Source: Azolla caroliniana (lineage: Eukaryota > Plantae > Polypodiophyta). Taken from it: a stretch of 64,000 bases of DNA. The stretch spans positions 20,522,001 to 20,586,000 of the forward strand of contig JBHGNT010000004.1 of NCBI GenBank assembly GCA_043228905.1, written 5' to 3'. Below are positions 1-11,985 of the stretch, piece by piece (position 1 is the first letter of the stretch; each line of letters starts with the position of its first letter). Under the pieces are notes generated by a model. That model did no database searches and had not been told where the DNA came from. It saw only the letters and a program-made list of their open reading frames with translations. A program made the position numbers and the translations under genes.

Positions 1-714
1 GAATGGAAGGTACAAAATCGAGTCTAGTTCTTCACATACAACATAAAACAATAATAATGAAGATACTATTTTATACTAGTTTAATATCTTAGTACAAAAA
101 GATGGAGGTCTTCAAGAGCTTTCGAATACACTTTGCCACATAAGAAACGGACAACTAAGTGGCAAGTTATGTGGGTATGTAGTTTGCGAAGAAGAGAAAA
201 AACAAAACTACGAGAAAAGAGCTTGAATGAGTGACATGGTTATCATGTAACACATGTAATACATGAGCGCCAAATGGCAAACATGCATCTCATGCATGTC
301 TTGCACCCTCACAAGCATCATGTGCATGGGGGCATCTATAAAAGAGTGGATGGAGAGGAAAAACGAGCTAGGTATTAATCAAGAAATTAAGAGGAAGAAA
401 ATTCGTTATCCCATTTTTGTGATGTATTAATCTTGTCTCTCAAATCTAAAGTCAAGCGTTCTATCTTATCTCAATCTCTCTCTCTTTCAATCTATCTTAA
501 ATACTTTCTCGCTAAAGTTAGTGCAAACTTCGAATTCTTCCGGACCAGAACCCCGGCGGTTCCGCCTCACGATCCACACATAGTGACGGATCTTCACGAT
601 AACGTTGATTTGTAAGTTCATCATGTAGGTGATGTATATAGCATTCAGACCTAGGTGCAGAGTGGTGGTGGTACTTGGCATTTTTGTAGTATTCCATCTA
701 GAGACAAATCTTAT

Positions 715-750
715 AATACGTTCGCGTTCACAAGTGGAAGGATCGCGCAT
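715..750 (+). repeat. Left terminal inverted repeat (36 bp)
   Basis: Inverted match to 15372-15407, preceded by TSD TTAT. It overlaps a local hairpin ACAAGTGGAA...TTCCACTTGT (730-759). Confidence 0.9.
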
Positions 751-1094
751 TCCACTTGTAGAATCTTCTTGAAAATATCCAAATATACCCTCTCTACAAA
801 AATTGGATGCACTAGTATCACATGTTCCACAATTTAATTAGAATTTGCAAATATAAAAATACATGATAGGTCTACGAGTGGAGATCATTAGAAATTCAAA
901 TAAGTTTGGATGTGTTGATAAGTTAATGTAGGCATAATAAAGTTCAACAATGGCTCAATATCTCAATAATATGTGACATGGGAAACACTAAGTTAAAGAC
1001 TTATATTAATCTGGTAAGTTTTACAAAAATATGAGGTGTACTTGTAACCATACTAATAAAATGAGTTATAATTTATACTTTGACCCATACTCGC

Positions 1095-1370
1095 ATGTAT
1101 ATAATTGTGGACAATGTAGGATAGTGCCCTTTAGGATAATGTGATTGGAATAACTAACTTATTAAGGTATTTAATACTTGTATTTAAAGTTGATCTAATA
1201 TATTCCTCAGTTTGTTCGTATGGGATCAAGCCATATGTATATAATTGTGGACAATGTAAGACAGTGAACTTTAGGATAATGTGGTGGAAATAACAAACCT
1301 ATTAAGGCTTTCATACTTGTATTTAAAATTGATCTAATCTATTCCTTAGGTGATTCACACGAGATCAAAC
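1095..1370. repeat. Subterminal diverged tandem duplication (2 x ~140 bp)
   Basis: ATGTATATAATTGTGGACAATGTA...GTATTTAAA.TTGATCTAAT...GATCAA.C occurs at ~1095 and ~1235. Confidence 0.75.
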
Positions 1371-1795
1371 TCCGAATGATAACGCTAGTGGAACTACAAG
1401 CGTATAAAAACATGCAGATAATGCTAGTGGAACCATTATCAACACACTACACAATCTAAGCAACAATGGAAGAGAAACATAATAGTTTTAACAATAGAAG
1501 ACAAAGATCCATAATAACAACATGGACAATCATGGCAACAATTCTACGACCATGTTATGTTAAGGTAAAGTTTGACCAAAATCAGCCTTAATTTAAACTA
1601 ATTCATGTTTCTCCATATTGGTAGTCAGCAATGCACGTGGTGAAACCAATGTCATAAGTTTACTAACCAAGTATATAGAAATAAAATTGAAACATATAGA
1701 AGATTATAAAGAATAGAATCCACCAAGTAAAACCCAAAATTTGTATTAATAATGTGAATTCCAAACAATACATTTCACGTTTTTAAAAGAGTCTA

Positions 1796-4700
1796 TTACA
1801 TAGCAAGCAAATCGTCAATGCCATTTTCTTCTTCATCCTGTATAGAAGTCTCTTCGGCTATACGTGCATTGTCTTTCCCGGTTAGCCGAGCCAACGAAAT
1901 ATCTTATATAAGCTCATCATCAAGCTCTATTAGCTCCCGTGGTTCCCCGGCTAACGAAGGAATAGGCTCTCGCGAAGCAAGTTGAAACCTTTCGGTATCA
2001 GCGAGGTTCTTCGCACCGACCTCCTCGTCCTGGTCTGGGTACTCCCAGAAAGCCTTAATCCTCATGTTTATAAATATAACTTGCTCCTCGTCCTTCTCCA
2101 ATGCAATTGTGTTTCTAAAGAGCTTCAATGCACATGCAGATGTTGTTCCTGTGAAGAAAGTAACCAGAAGAATTAGTTCTCAAACAAAAAAGATTCAGTA
2201 TTGGTTATCTCAAGATCGTTAACCTAGTTCGACGAATACCTGTGCCAGAAAAGAGGTCTAATATCCAATCTCCTTCTACAGAAAACATCTCGATCAAGCG
2301 CATCATAAGTCGTTGAGGTTTTTGGTATGGGTTGACAAGTCCCCGTTCTGTCGTGGTGACATGTCACAATTTCCGTGTCACTGTTGGATATACCAGTAGA
2401 TTTGAACCTCCCACTTCATTAGAATGCTCCTTGATTCTTTGTTTCTTAATTTCATCGAAGTAGCCAACCATAATGTATTCAATGGCATTTACGAACCGAA
2501 AGGTTGGCCCTCTATTTACATTGGTTTTTATCCTATAACAAATATTATATCGAGTTAAGAATAGATTGAACAATCTTAAGAAAGGCAATATAGTGAATGA
2601 GACATATAAATAATCCTTACCATGCAAGGTTCTCGATGCCATGGCAACGAGATCTCAAAGCTTGAGCTACTGAGTACCCTGGGTCCATACTATGAAAGAC
2701 AACTATTCTCCACAAGGATGCAGTCGTTTAAACCTAAAGGGTTCATCATCGTATGATGACCCTGCCATTCGAAATCCGTATGGAATATCAACAATCATTA
2801 GCGTATATTCCTTCTTTGGCACTTTTTGGATCATGTCAACGACATCGCCGCAAACCACGTTGTAATAAAGATCTCTCGTAATATCCTTTTTGTGGCTAAA
2901 TTTTTTGAAGGAGCCATCTTCCTCAATTTCGTACGCCTTGACTAAGCGAAGATCCTTTTCTTTTCTGGCTCTCTCGAGATGTGCAAGTAAGGATGTCGGG
3001 AAATCATGTATATCCTTAACTTCTCCTTATTTCTTGCCACGACACGGTTTCTAATTGAAGCAATAAGACATCAAGTATTATTACACAACCTCTACATATG
3101 AGGAAAGCTTAATGAAAAAACACCAATACTAACCCAATCCTTGAATGCAATAAAATACTCGGATAACGCCTTATATGAAGATGTTAGAGGATAATCCATG
3201 GTCACTTGTTCCCAAGTTATACATCCAAGTTGTTTCATCATAACTTCTTGGATCTTCATGTACACCTTATGACTGTGAAATTAGAAAATGAGATTAGAAC
3301 TTTCAATTGCACCATATAGAAATTCAATACACTATTTGAAAGACTTACTTATTGAACTCAGTGACCATTTCTTCAAGGCTTAAATCTTTCGCCACAACCC
3401 TTGACAAAATAGACACAAGAAGCCGCTCGTCCTTAATACCTTGCATCGCTCTCCACAGAGACAACTTCATGTCATCAACCGCTTCTTCAATTGCAAATCA
3501 ATTTTCTTGGCCGCTTGTGACTTTAATTCTAGTTGAGGGTCTACCTTACATTTCTTTTGTCGTTGACCCTTGACCTCCTTATTCTCCCACATTGAGAAGA
3601 TTTGATCTTGTAGGTCCCATACTTCTCCATCTCTAAAGGCAAGTTGAAACCAGGACTCATATTTCCGAAGACCATCAGACTTAACATTATCATCCACCAC
3701 AATGCCGACTTCATGCAAGCATTGACGTCGTAGGCCTGGATGTAGCTTCACACCGAACTTTTGTTTGACATCCAAATACTCGTGGTGGAAGAACCTTATA
3801 CGCTCAATCAATGATATTTTTTGCCTATAGTCATTATCGTTATTGTGGTCCCATGCCACCAACTTTGCCTCTTCAATTGTGAGGCCCACGTAAATTTTGC
3901 ACTCGGCATACTTGAAGAAGAAAGTCGTTGGATGTTCTCTCACAAGTTGCTGATGTGCCTCCGCTGAATGCGATCCACCAATTACAAAATAATTGTATTG
4001 ATCATGCTTTCTTATGTCGAATTCTTCAGTGGTTTCACATTCTTCGAGATCCACCATAACAATAAAAGGCACAACAGTAGCATGTGGATTAATTTTCATT
4101 TTTTTCTTGAGATTTTGAACATGCATTTGGTGTGGCTCTCTGATCTCAAGTGTTCTTCGTCTTGTTTTTTCATCTATAGGGGGCCGATGGATGTGTGTTA
4201 TAGGCAAATTAAACACTTGCCCTTTTCTGACTAGTTTACGTTGCATTAACTCTCTCCGTATCTTATTTTGTTCGGATGACAACACACCTGATGCCAGCTC
4301 AGCTCCTGGCATCCCCCTAGTGACCTCATCTTCATTTGAGCTTGATGAGTCGGAGTTCGACATTTTAGTGGTTTTCTTTTTGGGTGGTCTTGATTGCACT
4401 TTAGATGCCCTTTTCGAGGCCTTCACTGGGGAGGGCAAGGGCTCCCTTAGAGTTACATGACCTTGTATATAAGGCCTCAAGGTGACAATAAGGTTTTGTG
4501 AGCTTTCTAGATCTTTTTTAAAAGATTCTGGCCCACAAGATTCCTTTGCTAGTAGATCTTCAGAAAGGTACACTTTATGTACCCCCTTAGAGCACTCTAT
4601 CATTACAAGAATATTGGCTAAATCTGAATCTTCGTAGTCAAATCTCAGAATACGGCCATACATAAATGCAGTTTCATTTTCAAGCTGACCGTTGCCCTTC

Positions 4701-4985
4701 TTCTTTGCTGTATACAACACGACTTTTTTCTTGGAGTCGACGTATTGCATACACCATTCCTTGTCCGTTAGATCACGGTCAGGAAGGTCCTCACCACTAG
4801 TAGTTGCTAACATTTTCTTTTGGCTGACATCATCGGATGGTTGAGATTTTGTCTCCTCGTTGAAGAGAAGCTTTTTTCCTCTCTTCATGTTCTGAGGAAC
4901 TATTAGTTTCTGGGTCTCAATTGGAGAGCCCTGAATCCGGAGCTTTATCTTCTTCACAGGTCGGTCTGACAAGTTCTCAAACGAC
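1796..4985 (-). pseudogene. ParB-like domain + beta-class N4-cytosine/N6-adenine DNA methyltransferase fusion, spliced, pseudogenised
   Basis: Exons 4985-3349, 3272-3134, 3050-2621, 2532-2240 and 2148-1796 are joined by four GT-AG introns with matching phases. ParB-like motifs: IREPHQMHVQNLKKKM..PFIVMV, YFVIGGSHSAEA, IYVGLTIEEAKLVAWDHN. MTase motifs in beta order: VVCGDVVDMIQKVPKKEYTLMIVDIPYG (DIPY 2789-2778), WIK..AIEYIMV, NPYQKPQRLMMRLIEMFSVEGDWILDLFSGTG/TTSACALKLFRNTIALEKD. Stops at ~3028, 2365 and 1905; frameshifts at ~3495 and ~2728. Confidence 0.85.
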
Positions 4986-5121
4986 CTATTTAAGAAAGGA
5001 CATGCGAAAACATAAGTTAGGTGGTTACCTAGATTAAGGTTATATATTAAGTAGAAGAAGACAAAAACTAGCAGGCGATTTGTGGTAAACTATAAATATC
5101 AATCTTATATTGATTGAACAT

Positions 5122-5434
5122 TGTTGAGAATCAAGCTCAACCTAGTCTAATGTGTGAACACACCCTTGAGAATGTGCACTCAAAGGTCAAAAGTCACCAC
5201 TCTTATCTACACATTAACTATGTGTCATAGAATCATATTCTTATGACACATAACTAATGAGTTTTCACATTCCCCATGACCCATGAGCTTCGGTAGTTAA
5301 TGAAGAGAGAGAGTGACTATATAAAGCACTTTCCTCCTACTTTGTAAGGTAGTCGATTAATCTCCTTTGTAATATACATCTTCTTGAGTATTCTATTGTC
5401 TCTCAAAAATCTATCTTTTGTTTCTCTCCTGTAA

Positions 5435-5466
<32 letters not shown>

Positions 5467-5521
5467 TAACGCACATCTCTCATCTATTCCGCTACACAAG
5501 AATCATACCCAATTCTTTACA
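5122..5521 (+). repeat. 5' LTR of copia
   Basis: TGTTGAGAATCAAGC...TTCTTTACA followed by the PBS. Confidence 0.95.
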
Positions 5522-5676
5522 TGGTATCAGAGCGGTTTGGTAGCTCCATCTAGCCTATCCGCTTGTGTTGAGCTCTATGCTGATGTTCAAGAAGAACCGG
5601 CTCATCGTTATCGTAGTGCGACTACATAGCTCGTATTCAAGAGAGAAGAAGAAGGAAGAAATCTACATTGAACACC

Positions 5677-8600
5677 ATGAATACTCAAATGGGGAGCGTT
5701 GTCCCTAGCGAGAAGTTGTACTGAAACAACTTCGCATCTTGGGAGTACAAGATGCACCAATACCTTGTCGGCCAAGGCTATTGGGGTTACATCAAGGGAG
5801 CACAAGAAAACCGACCCGACCCAGAAGGCGCCAACTACTCAACATGGGAGCAAACGGCGAGTCGAGTAATGTATTGCTTGGTGACATGTGTTCATGACCA
5901 CATGCTCGGTTACATTTGAGAAGCCGAGACACCGAATGAAGCGTGGGAAAATCTACGAAAGATTTTCGCCGCCAACATGACCGCGAGGAAGCTTCAACTC
6001 CGCCAAGAGTTGAACAACATCTAACAACGGGACATGTCCATCACAAGCTACACCTTGAGGATCAAGGAGCTTTGTGACTCGCTTGGCTCAATAAACGTCA
6101 ATGTGGATGATGATGAGATGGTGCAAATATGCCTCGGCGGCCTTGCACCACAGTTTGGCTCGATGAGAACCGCCGTCCTAGCAAGGGAGAATCCTCCCTC
6201 TTTCTTTGACCTTCAATCTATGTTATCGGTCGAAGAGAATCATGTTCGAACAAGGAGCAATGCCTCGGAAGGCCACATGCTCTACACGCATTCGAATGGA
6301 GGAAGAGGATGTGGCCAAGCAAGAGGCCGATTCGGCCATGGACGAGGCGGCAGACGAGGTCTGACTTACGACAACAACTCCCAAATTCGGCAACAAGATG
6401 GAAGCCATCGAGGAACCTTCGGAAGAAGGGGGAGCTTCCGTTCCGGTTCGAGTTGACAAAACTCGATTGAATGCGGTTATTGCGGAAAAATCGGCCACCA
6501 TGAAGAAGAGTGCCGAAAGAAGAAGCGTGAGTTGGCTTCCACAAGCCGACAACTCACCAATTACGCCACCAACTCTGACTATGAAGATCATGGCGGAATG
6601 TTTGTAATGAGACATAGAGCAAATCCTATGTCGGCCTCTACTTCGACTAATGCCTCCAATCCGGAAGATGTATGGTTCATCGACTCTGGTGCTTTGAACC
6701 ATATGACATCCCATCAAGAATGGTTCAAAGACCTTCGAGAGCCGGATCGACCCGGTTATGTTGAGACCGGAGACGACACCACTCATTCGATTCGGCATGT
6801 CGGCAATGTCCCATTCGGGAAAGAAGGTGAACAAAATTGCATAAAAAATGTCTTACATGTACCCACCATAACGAAGAATTTGGTCTCGGTCGGCCAAATT
6901 GTGGAGCAAGGGATGCAAGTTCGATTCAACCAAGGAGGTTGCTTCATCGAGAAGGAAGGCTGACTAATTGCTCGTGGTCAAAGGGAAGGCAGAATGTTTA
7001 TCCTTGAAGCGAACGAGGTAAAATTGGCCATGTTTGCAAAGGGCCTCAAACACAATACCGACATAGAGCTATGGCATAAAAGAATCGGCCATATCAATCT
7101 CAACAAACTCAAGGCGATGCAATCGAAAGGAGTCGTCATTGGGATCTCGACCTTCAAAGAGAAAGAGATTGAAGGAGTATGTGAAGCATGCCAATTCGGC
7201 AAGCAACATCGACACCCATTCCCGAAGGAGAGGAACGTGAGCAAAGGCCTATTGGACGTAGTCCACTCGGATGTGTGGGGACTGGCATAGATGGCTACGT
7301 TGATGTCGGTACTATGTTACCTTCATCGATGACTTCTCTAGATACACATGGATCTTTCCCATGAGGATGAAGAGAGAAGTGTTTACACAGTTCCAAAAAT
7401 TCAAAAGCGAAGTCGAAAAGACAACTGGGCGTCATGTACGATGTCTTCGGTCAGACGGAGGAAAGGAATACTTCTCCGATGCGTTCACGGCATACCTTTG
7501 ACAAGAAGGAATTCGGCGAGAATTCACTTGCCGACACACACCACAATAGAACGGTGTAGCCGAACGCAAGAATCGGCACATCCTCGAAGTAGCAAGGGCC
7601 ATGCTAAATGAGAAGCATATGCCCAAGTCATATTGGGCAGAAGCTGCAAATACCATCGTCTACCTCATGAACCATTGCACAACATCCGGAGTGCACGAGG
7701 TCACCCCGCACAAGAAATACTATGGAAAGAAGCCGGATCTATCCCATGTAAGGATATTCGGCTCCATTGCATACATGCACATTCCCAATGAGAAGTAGTA
7801 GAAGCTTGACCCAAAATCAGAGAAGTGCATCCTCGTGGGGTACTCACAGGAGCAAAAGGGGTACAAGTGCTTCAACCCCTCTACTCGAAAGACTCGTGTA
7901 AGTCGGGATGTCATCTTTGAAGAATCAACATCATGGTACAAACCCGAGTCGACTCCTCCCGAACCATCTACGAACGACCTTGACAACACAGAAGACAATG
8001 ATCAACTAATGTCAATACTCGAAGAGAGTCCGATCTCAACTAGATTGAGTGGACCACAAGAGCCTCCGATCAACCAAAGCTCATCTCGGCCAAGTCCAAA
8101 GATGGACAAAGGGAAGGCCAAAATGCCGGAATATGAAGACGATTACTTCGATGGCAACGGATACATTCACTCGATAGTGAGTTCGATGGCTTTGATGTGC
8201 CTCTTATGAGGTCACCCGGAGTTGAGAAAGCACTCACATTGGCAAATGAGAAACTCCGTCACTCCACCCGAGAGAAGAATCCGGTTAGCCGATTCAGCTA
8301 CAACGACTATATAGCATACCACTATGCCTTTATGATGAAGGTGGCAACAGTTCGAGAACCGGAAAGCTTTGCCGAAGCCGCTAAAGATCCTTGATGGGTC
8401 GAAGCGATGAACAAGGAGATGCAAGCTCTCAGCAAGAATGAGACATGGGATCTCGTCCCTCACTCACCGCACAAGAAGGCAATCGGCTGTAGATGGATAT
8501 ACAAAGTGAAGTATAATGCCGACGGTTCCATCAACTGCTACAAAGTTCGACTCGTAGCAAAGGGCTACGCACAAACACAGGGCGTCCACTATGAAGAGAC

Positions 8601-9900
8601 CTTTGCCCCAGTGGCAAACATGACAACCGTGCGAACCGTGATATCGCTTGCAGCAGCGAAAGGGTGGCACCTCCACCAGATGGATGTCAAGAACGCTTTT
8701 CTTTAAGGCGAATTAGAAGAGGAGGTGTACATGGTACAACCACCCGGCTTTGAATCCAACATTCATTCGAAAGCCATCTGCCGACTCAAGAAGCCTCTCT
8801 ACGGCCTTAAGCAAGCACCACGTGCTTGGCACTCAAAGATAACACAATATCTTCATCGAATCGGCTTCCGAATGTCAAAATCCGACAATTCTCTCTATGT
8901 AAGAAGCAATTCCGAAAGTCCGATCGTCATCATCTTGTACGTGGATGATCTGGTCATTGGAGGTGAGCATCTAGTCGACATCAACAAGATCAAATCCCTC
9001 CTTTCCAACAAATTCGAGATGACGGACATGAAAGAGCTCCACTACTTCCTTGGCATCGAAGTAATTCGGACTCCAGCCGGGATTATGATCTCCCAACGGC
9101 ACTACATTCTCAACTTGTTATACAAGTTCAAGATGACAAAGTGCAAGTCTATGGCAACACCTCTCGACCGAAACCTCAAACTAGATGCCAATTCTGGCAC
9201 CACAGAGTGTGAGCCGACTCAGTATCGACAACTGATCGGTAGTCTTATCTACCTCACGATCACTCGACCTGACCTGAGCTATCCGGTCGGCCTTCCTAGC
9301 CAGTTCATGCAAACGCCACGAGATATCCATTTGGATTGTGCTAAGAGAGTGCTACGATACGTGAGCGGAACGATGGACTATGGCATTCTCTATATGTCGG
9401 CCACGCCAATTCAACTCGAGGGGTACACAAATGCCGACTGGGCAGGCTACAAAGCCGACCGACGATCAACCTCTGGTTTTGGCTTCTCCCTCGGAAGTGG
9501 AGCCATCTCCTGGAGTGGCACGAAGCAACCAATCGTCGCTCTTTCGAGCACAAAGGCTGAATACAAGGGCACGACGGTGGTTGCATGTGAAGCCATATGG
9601 GTCAAGATGATATTAAAGGATCTGGGCGTTCCCATCAAAGATCCGATTCTCCTTTACTACGACAACATGAGCAATATTTATCTGGCTCGGAACCCGGTGT
9701 TCCACGCACGCACGAAGCATATCGAAGTCCACTATCACTTCATTCGAGAGCGTGTTCAGGCTAGCGATGTCGACCTTCAACATATGTCTACGAATCTTTA
9801 GACAACCGACATCTTCAACAAAGCCCTAGGAGCCGACAAGCTTCGGAAATTCTTGTCAGACCTTGGATTGACGGTCCTTGACTTGCCAAGCTTGAGGGGG
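5677..9900 (+). pseudogene. Copia gag-pol polyprotein (fragmented)
   Basis: ORF fragments 6034-6456 (gag), 6532-6963 (protease), 6994-7798 (GAG-pre-integrase and integrase), 8407-9801 (RT-RNase H). Confidence 0.93.
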
Positions 9901-9993
9901 AGTAAAAGCGAAAACCGGATACCGTCCGAACCAGATACGAGCCGAAGTGGACATCAACTGAAGTAGCCGACCAAAATTGAGCTTGAGGGGGCG

Positions 9994-10389
9994 TGTTGAG
10001 AATCAAGCTCAACCTAGTCTAGTGTGTGAACACACCCTTGAGAATGTGCACTCAAAGGTCAAAAGTCACCACTCCTATCTACACATTAACTACGTGTCAT
10101 AAAATCATATTCTTATGACACATAACTAATGAGTTTTCACATTCCCCATGACACATGAGCTTCGGTAGTTAATGAAGAGAGAGAGTGACTATATAAAGCA
10201 CTCTCCTCCTACTTTGTAAGGTAGTCGATTAATCTCCTTTGTAATATGTACATCTTCTTGAGTATTCTATTGTCTCTCAAAAATTTATCTTTTGTTTCTC
10301 TCCTCTAACTCTCTCTCTCTCACACACACACACATAACACACATCTCTCACCTATTCTGCTACACAAGAATCATACCCGATTCTTTACA
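9994..10389 (+). repeat. 3' LTR of copia
   Basis: Preceded by the purine tract GAGGGGGCG; near-identical to 5122-5521. Confidence 0.95.
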
Positions 10390-10765
10390 AACATGATAGT
10401 CCTTTATTCGGAATTTAATTCTAGTAAGGGCTATTCAACTTCGGAAATTATATATCTTAATAATTATACAAGGATATGTATCATATTGAAGAGTAGGTAT
10501 GGCTTATATTGATTCCATATCCATATTGTAGAGAATTTGCATATGACAAACTTAAATTTGGCATCATAAAGGTAATTCGTGGGTTATTTTCTATTATTTT
10601 AAACTATTATAGGTCATAAAACCTTTTTATGTAAGGGCGCTAGTTGTTACAAAATATAGCAAATATCACAAAAAAAGTCTGAATTGGACATAAAATTTGG
10701 TATCTTTTCACACATATACTAAATTGTTCCCCCAAAGACACAATATTCTTATTTAAATTTTGTGT

Positions 10766-11057
10766 TTTATACAGTAACTCGATACGCTGTATCGAGTTCC
10801 TGTATAAAGTATAGACTTTATACAGGAACTCGATACGGCGTATCAAATTCTTGTATAAAACACAAACTTTATACAGGAACTCGATATGCCGTATCGAGTT
10901 CCTGTATAAAACACGAACTTAATATAGGAACTCGATATGGCGTATCGAGTTCCTGTTGAAAATGCAAACTTTATACAGGAACTCAATACAGCGTATCGAG
11001 TTCCTGTATAAAGTTCGTATTTTATACAAGAACTCGATACGGCGTATCAAGTTCTTG
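10766..11057. repeat. Array of six 43-bp palindromes, 51-bp period
   Basis: Consensus TTTATACAGGAACTCGATAC-GGC-GTATCGAGTTCCTGTATAAA starting at 10766, 10817, 10868, 10919, 10970 and 11021 (last copy truncated), with 8-bp spacers. Confidence 0.92.
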
Positions 11058-11076
11058 AGTGCTAAAACATATTTAC

Positions 11077-11270
11077 AAAAACGTCCAGAGTGTCAGACGC
11101 TTATCTGGAGTCTTGGCGCTCGATTTCCTTTGAAGACATGGTTGACGTTGTCGATGCTTAGGGGGAGATCCCAATTTGGTGCTTCGTGCTCTGTGCGCTC
11201 TTGTGCTTTGTTCTGCGCGTGTGCTTCATGTGATTGAGATATGATGAGGTTTTCCTATTTATAGGGATTG
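11077..11270 (-). promoter_or_regulatory. Candidate TATA box, 5' UTR and first exon of the ParB-MTase gene
   Basis: CCTATAAATAGG on the minus strand at ~11254-11265, then a leader, ATG at 11139 (MSSKEIERQDSR*ASDTLDVF) and a GTAAAT donor at 11076. The phase does not directly match the 4985 acceptor, so this is tentative. Confidence 0.4.
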
Positions 11271-11985
11271 ACCATAGTGGTTAAAGTAACCACAATCACT
11301 TGAACCAGGGTTAGCAAGCTTAAGGTTAGTTAGTTAGTAACCACAGTCACTTTAACCAGAGTTACTTTATTTAGTACATAATCTTGAGTGTACTAATCAC
11401 TCTCTAATGGATTTGAATTAAATGATGCTTATGAATGCATCAATGATTAAATACTCAAACTAACATATTAATGATTATTTTATAGTCAAACTAACATACA
11501 ATGACTTTGAAGGTCGTGAAGGAAACAATGATAGAGGTTCATGAATGAACCAATGATTGAAAAGGCTTATATTTAAAATGGTGGGTATGAATGAACTAAT
11601 GATTGAGAAGTTCTATATTAAATATGGGTGCCATTAATTAACCAATGATTTTAACTTTAAACCAACATATATATGGCTTGGTAATGATTGTAATTATATT
11701 ATACTTGATGGTTAAAGTAAATTTAATTTAAATTATATATTATCGGATTAATAAGGTATAAAAAATAATTGATTTAACTTTATACTGACTAGTTTTAGTA
11801 ATTATTAATATGTTGAATACAATTATTAGATTAAAAATAATATCTTTATTTATTGTATTAATATAATATTAAATAATATAGACATTATATTGAGGGAGCT
11901 TCTATTTAGGGAGGAGTTTATGTTTAGAGAGGAGATTATCAATTTTTTATGTTAGCCCAAGCACATAACTTAAAGAGCTATGTGT

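Larger units (their letters stand above)
5122..10389 (+). mobile_element. Full-length Ty1/copia LTR retrotransposon (decayed), nested in the DNA transposon
   Basis: LTRs 5122-5521 and 9994-10389 (TG...CA, about a dozen substitutions). 5-bp TSD AACAT at 5117-5121 and 10390-10394. PBS TGGTATCAGAGC (iMet) 5522-5533, PPT before 9994. Order gag(CCHC)-PR(IDSGA)-INT-RT(YVDD)-RH with several stops and frameshifts. Confidence 0.97.

Noticed and set aside
1796-4985. Bacterial or phage contamination explaining the ParB-MTase
   Set aside because: The gene has GT-AG introns with consistent phases, lies inside a TIR element containing a plant copia, and is contiguous with a plant TFIIB gene.
10766-11057. 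CRISPR array
   Set aside because: Spacers are only 8 bp and related to each other, there are no cas genes, and the context is eukaryotic.
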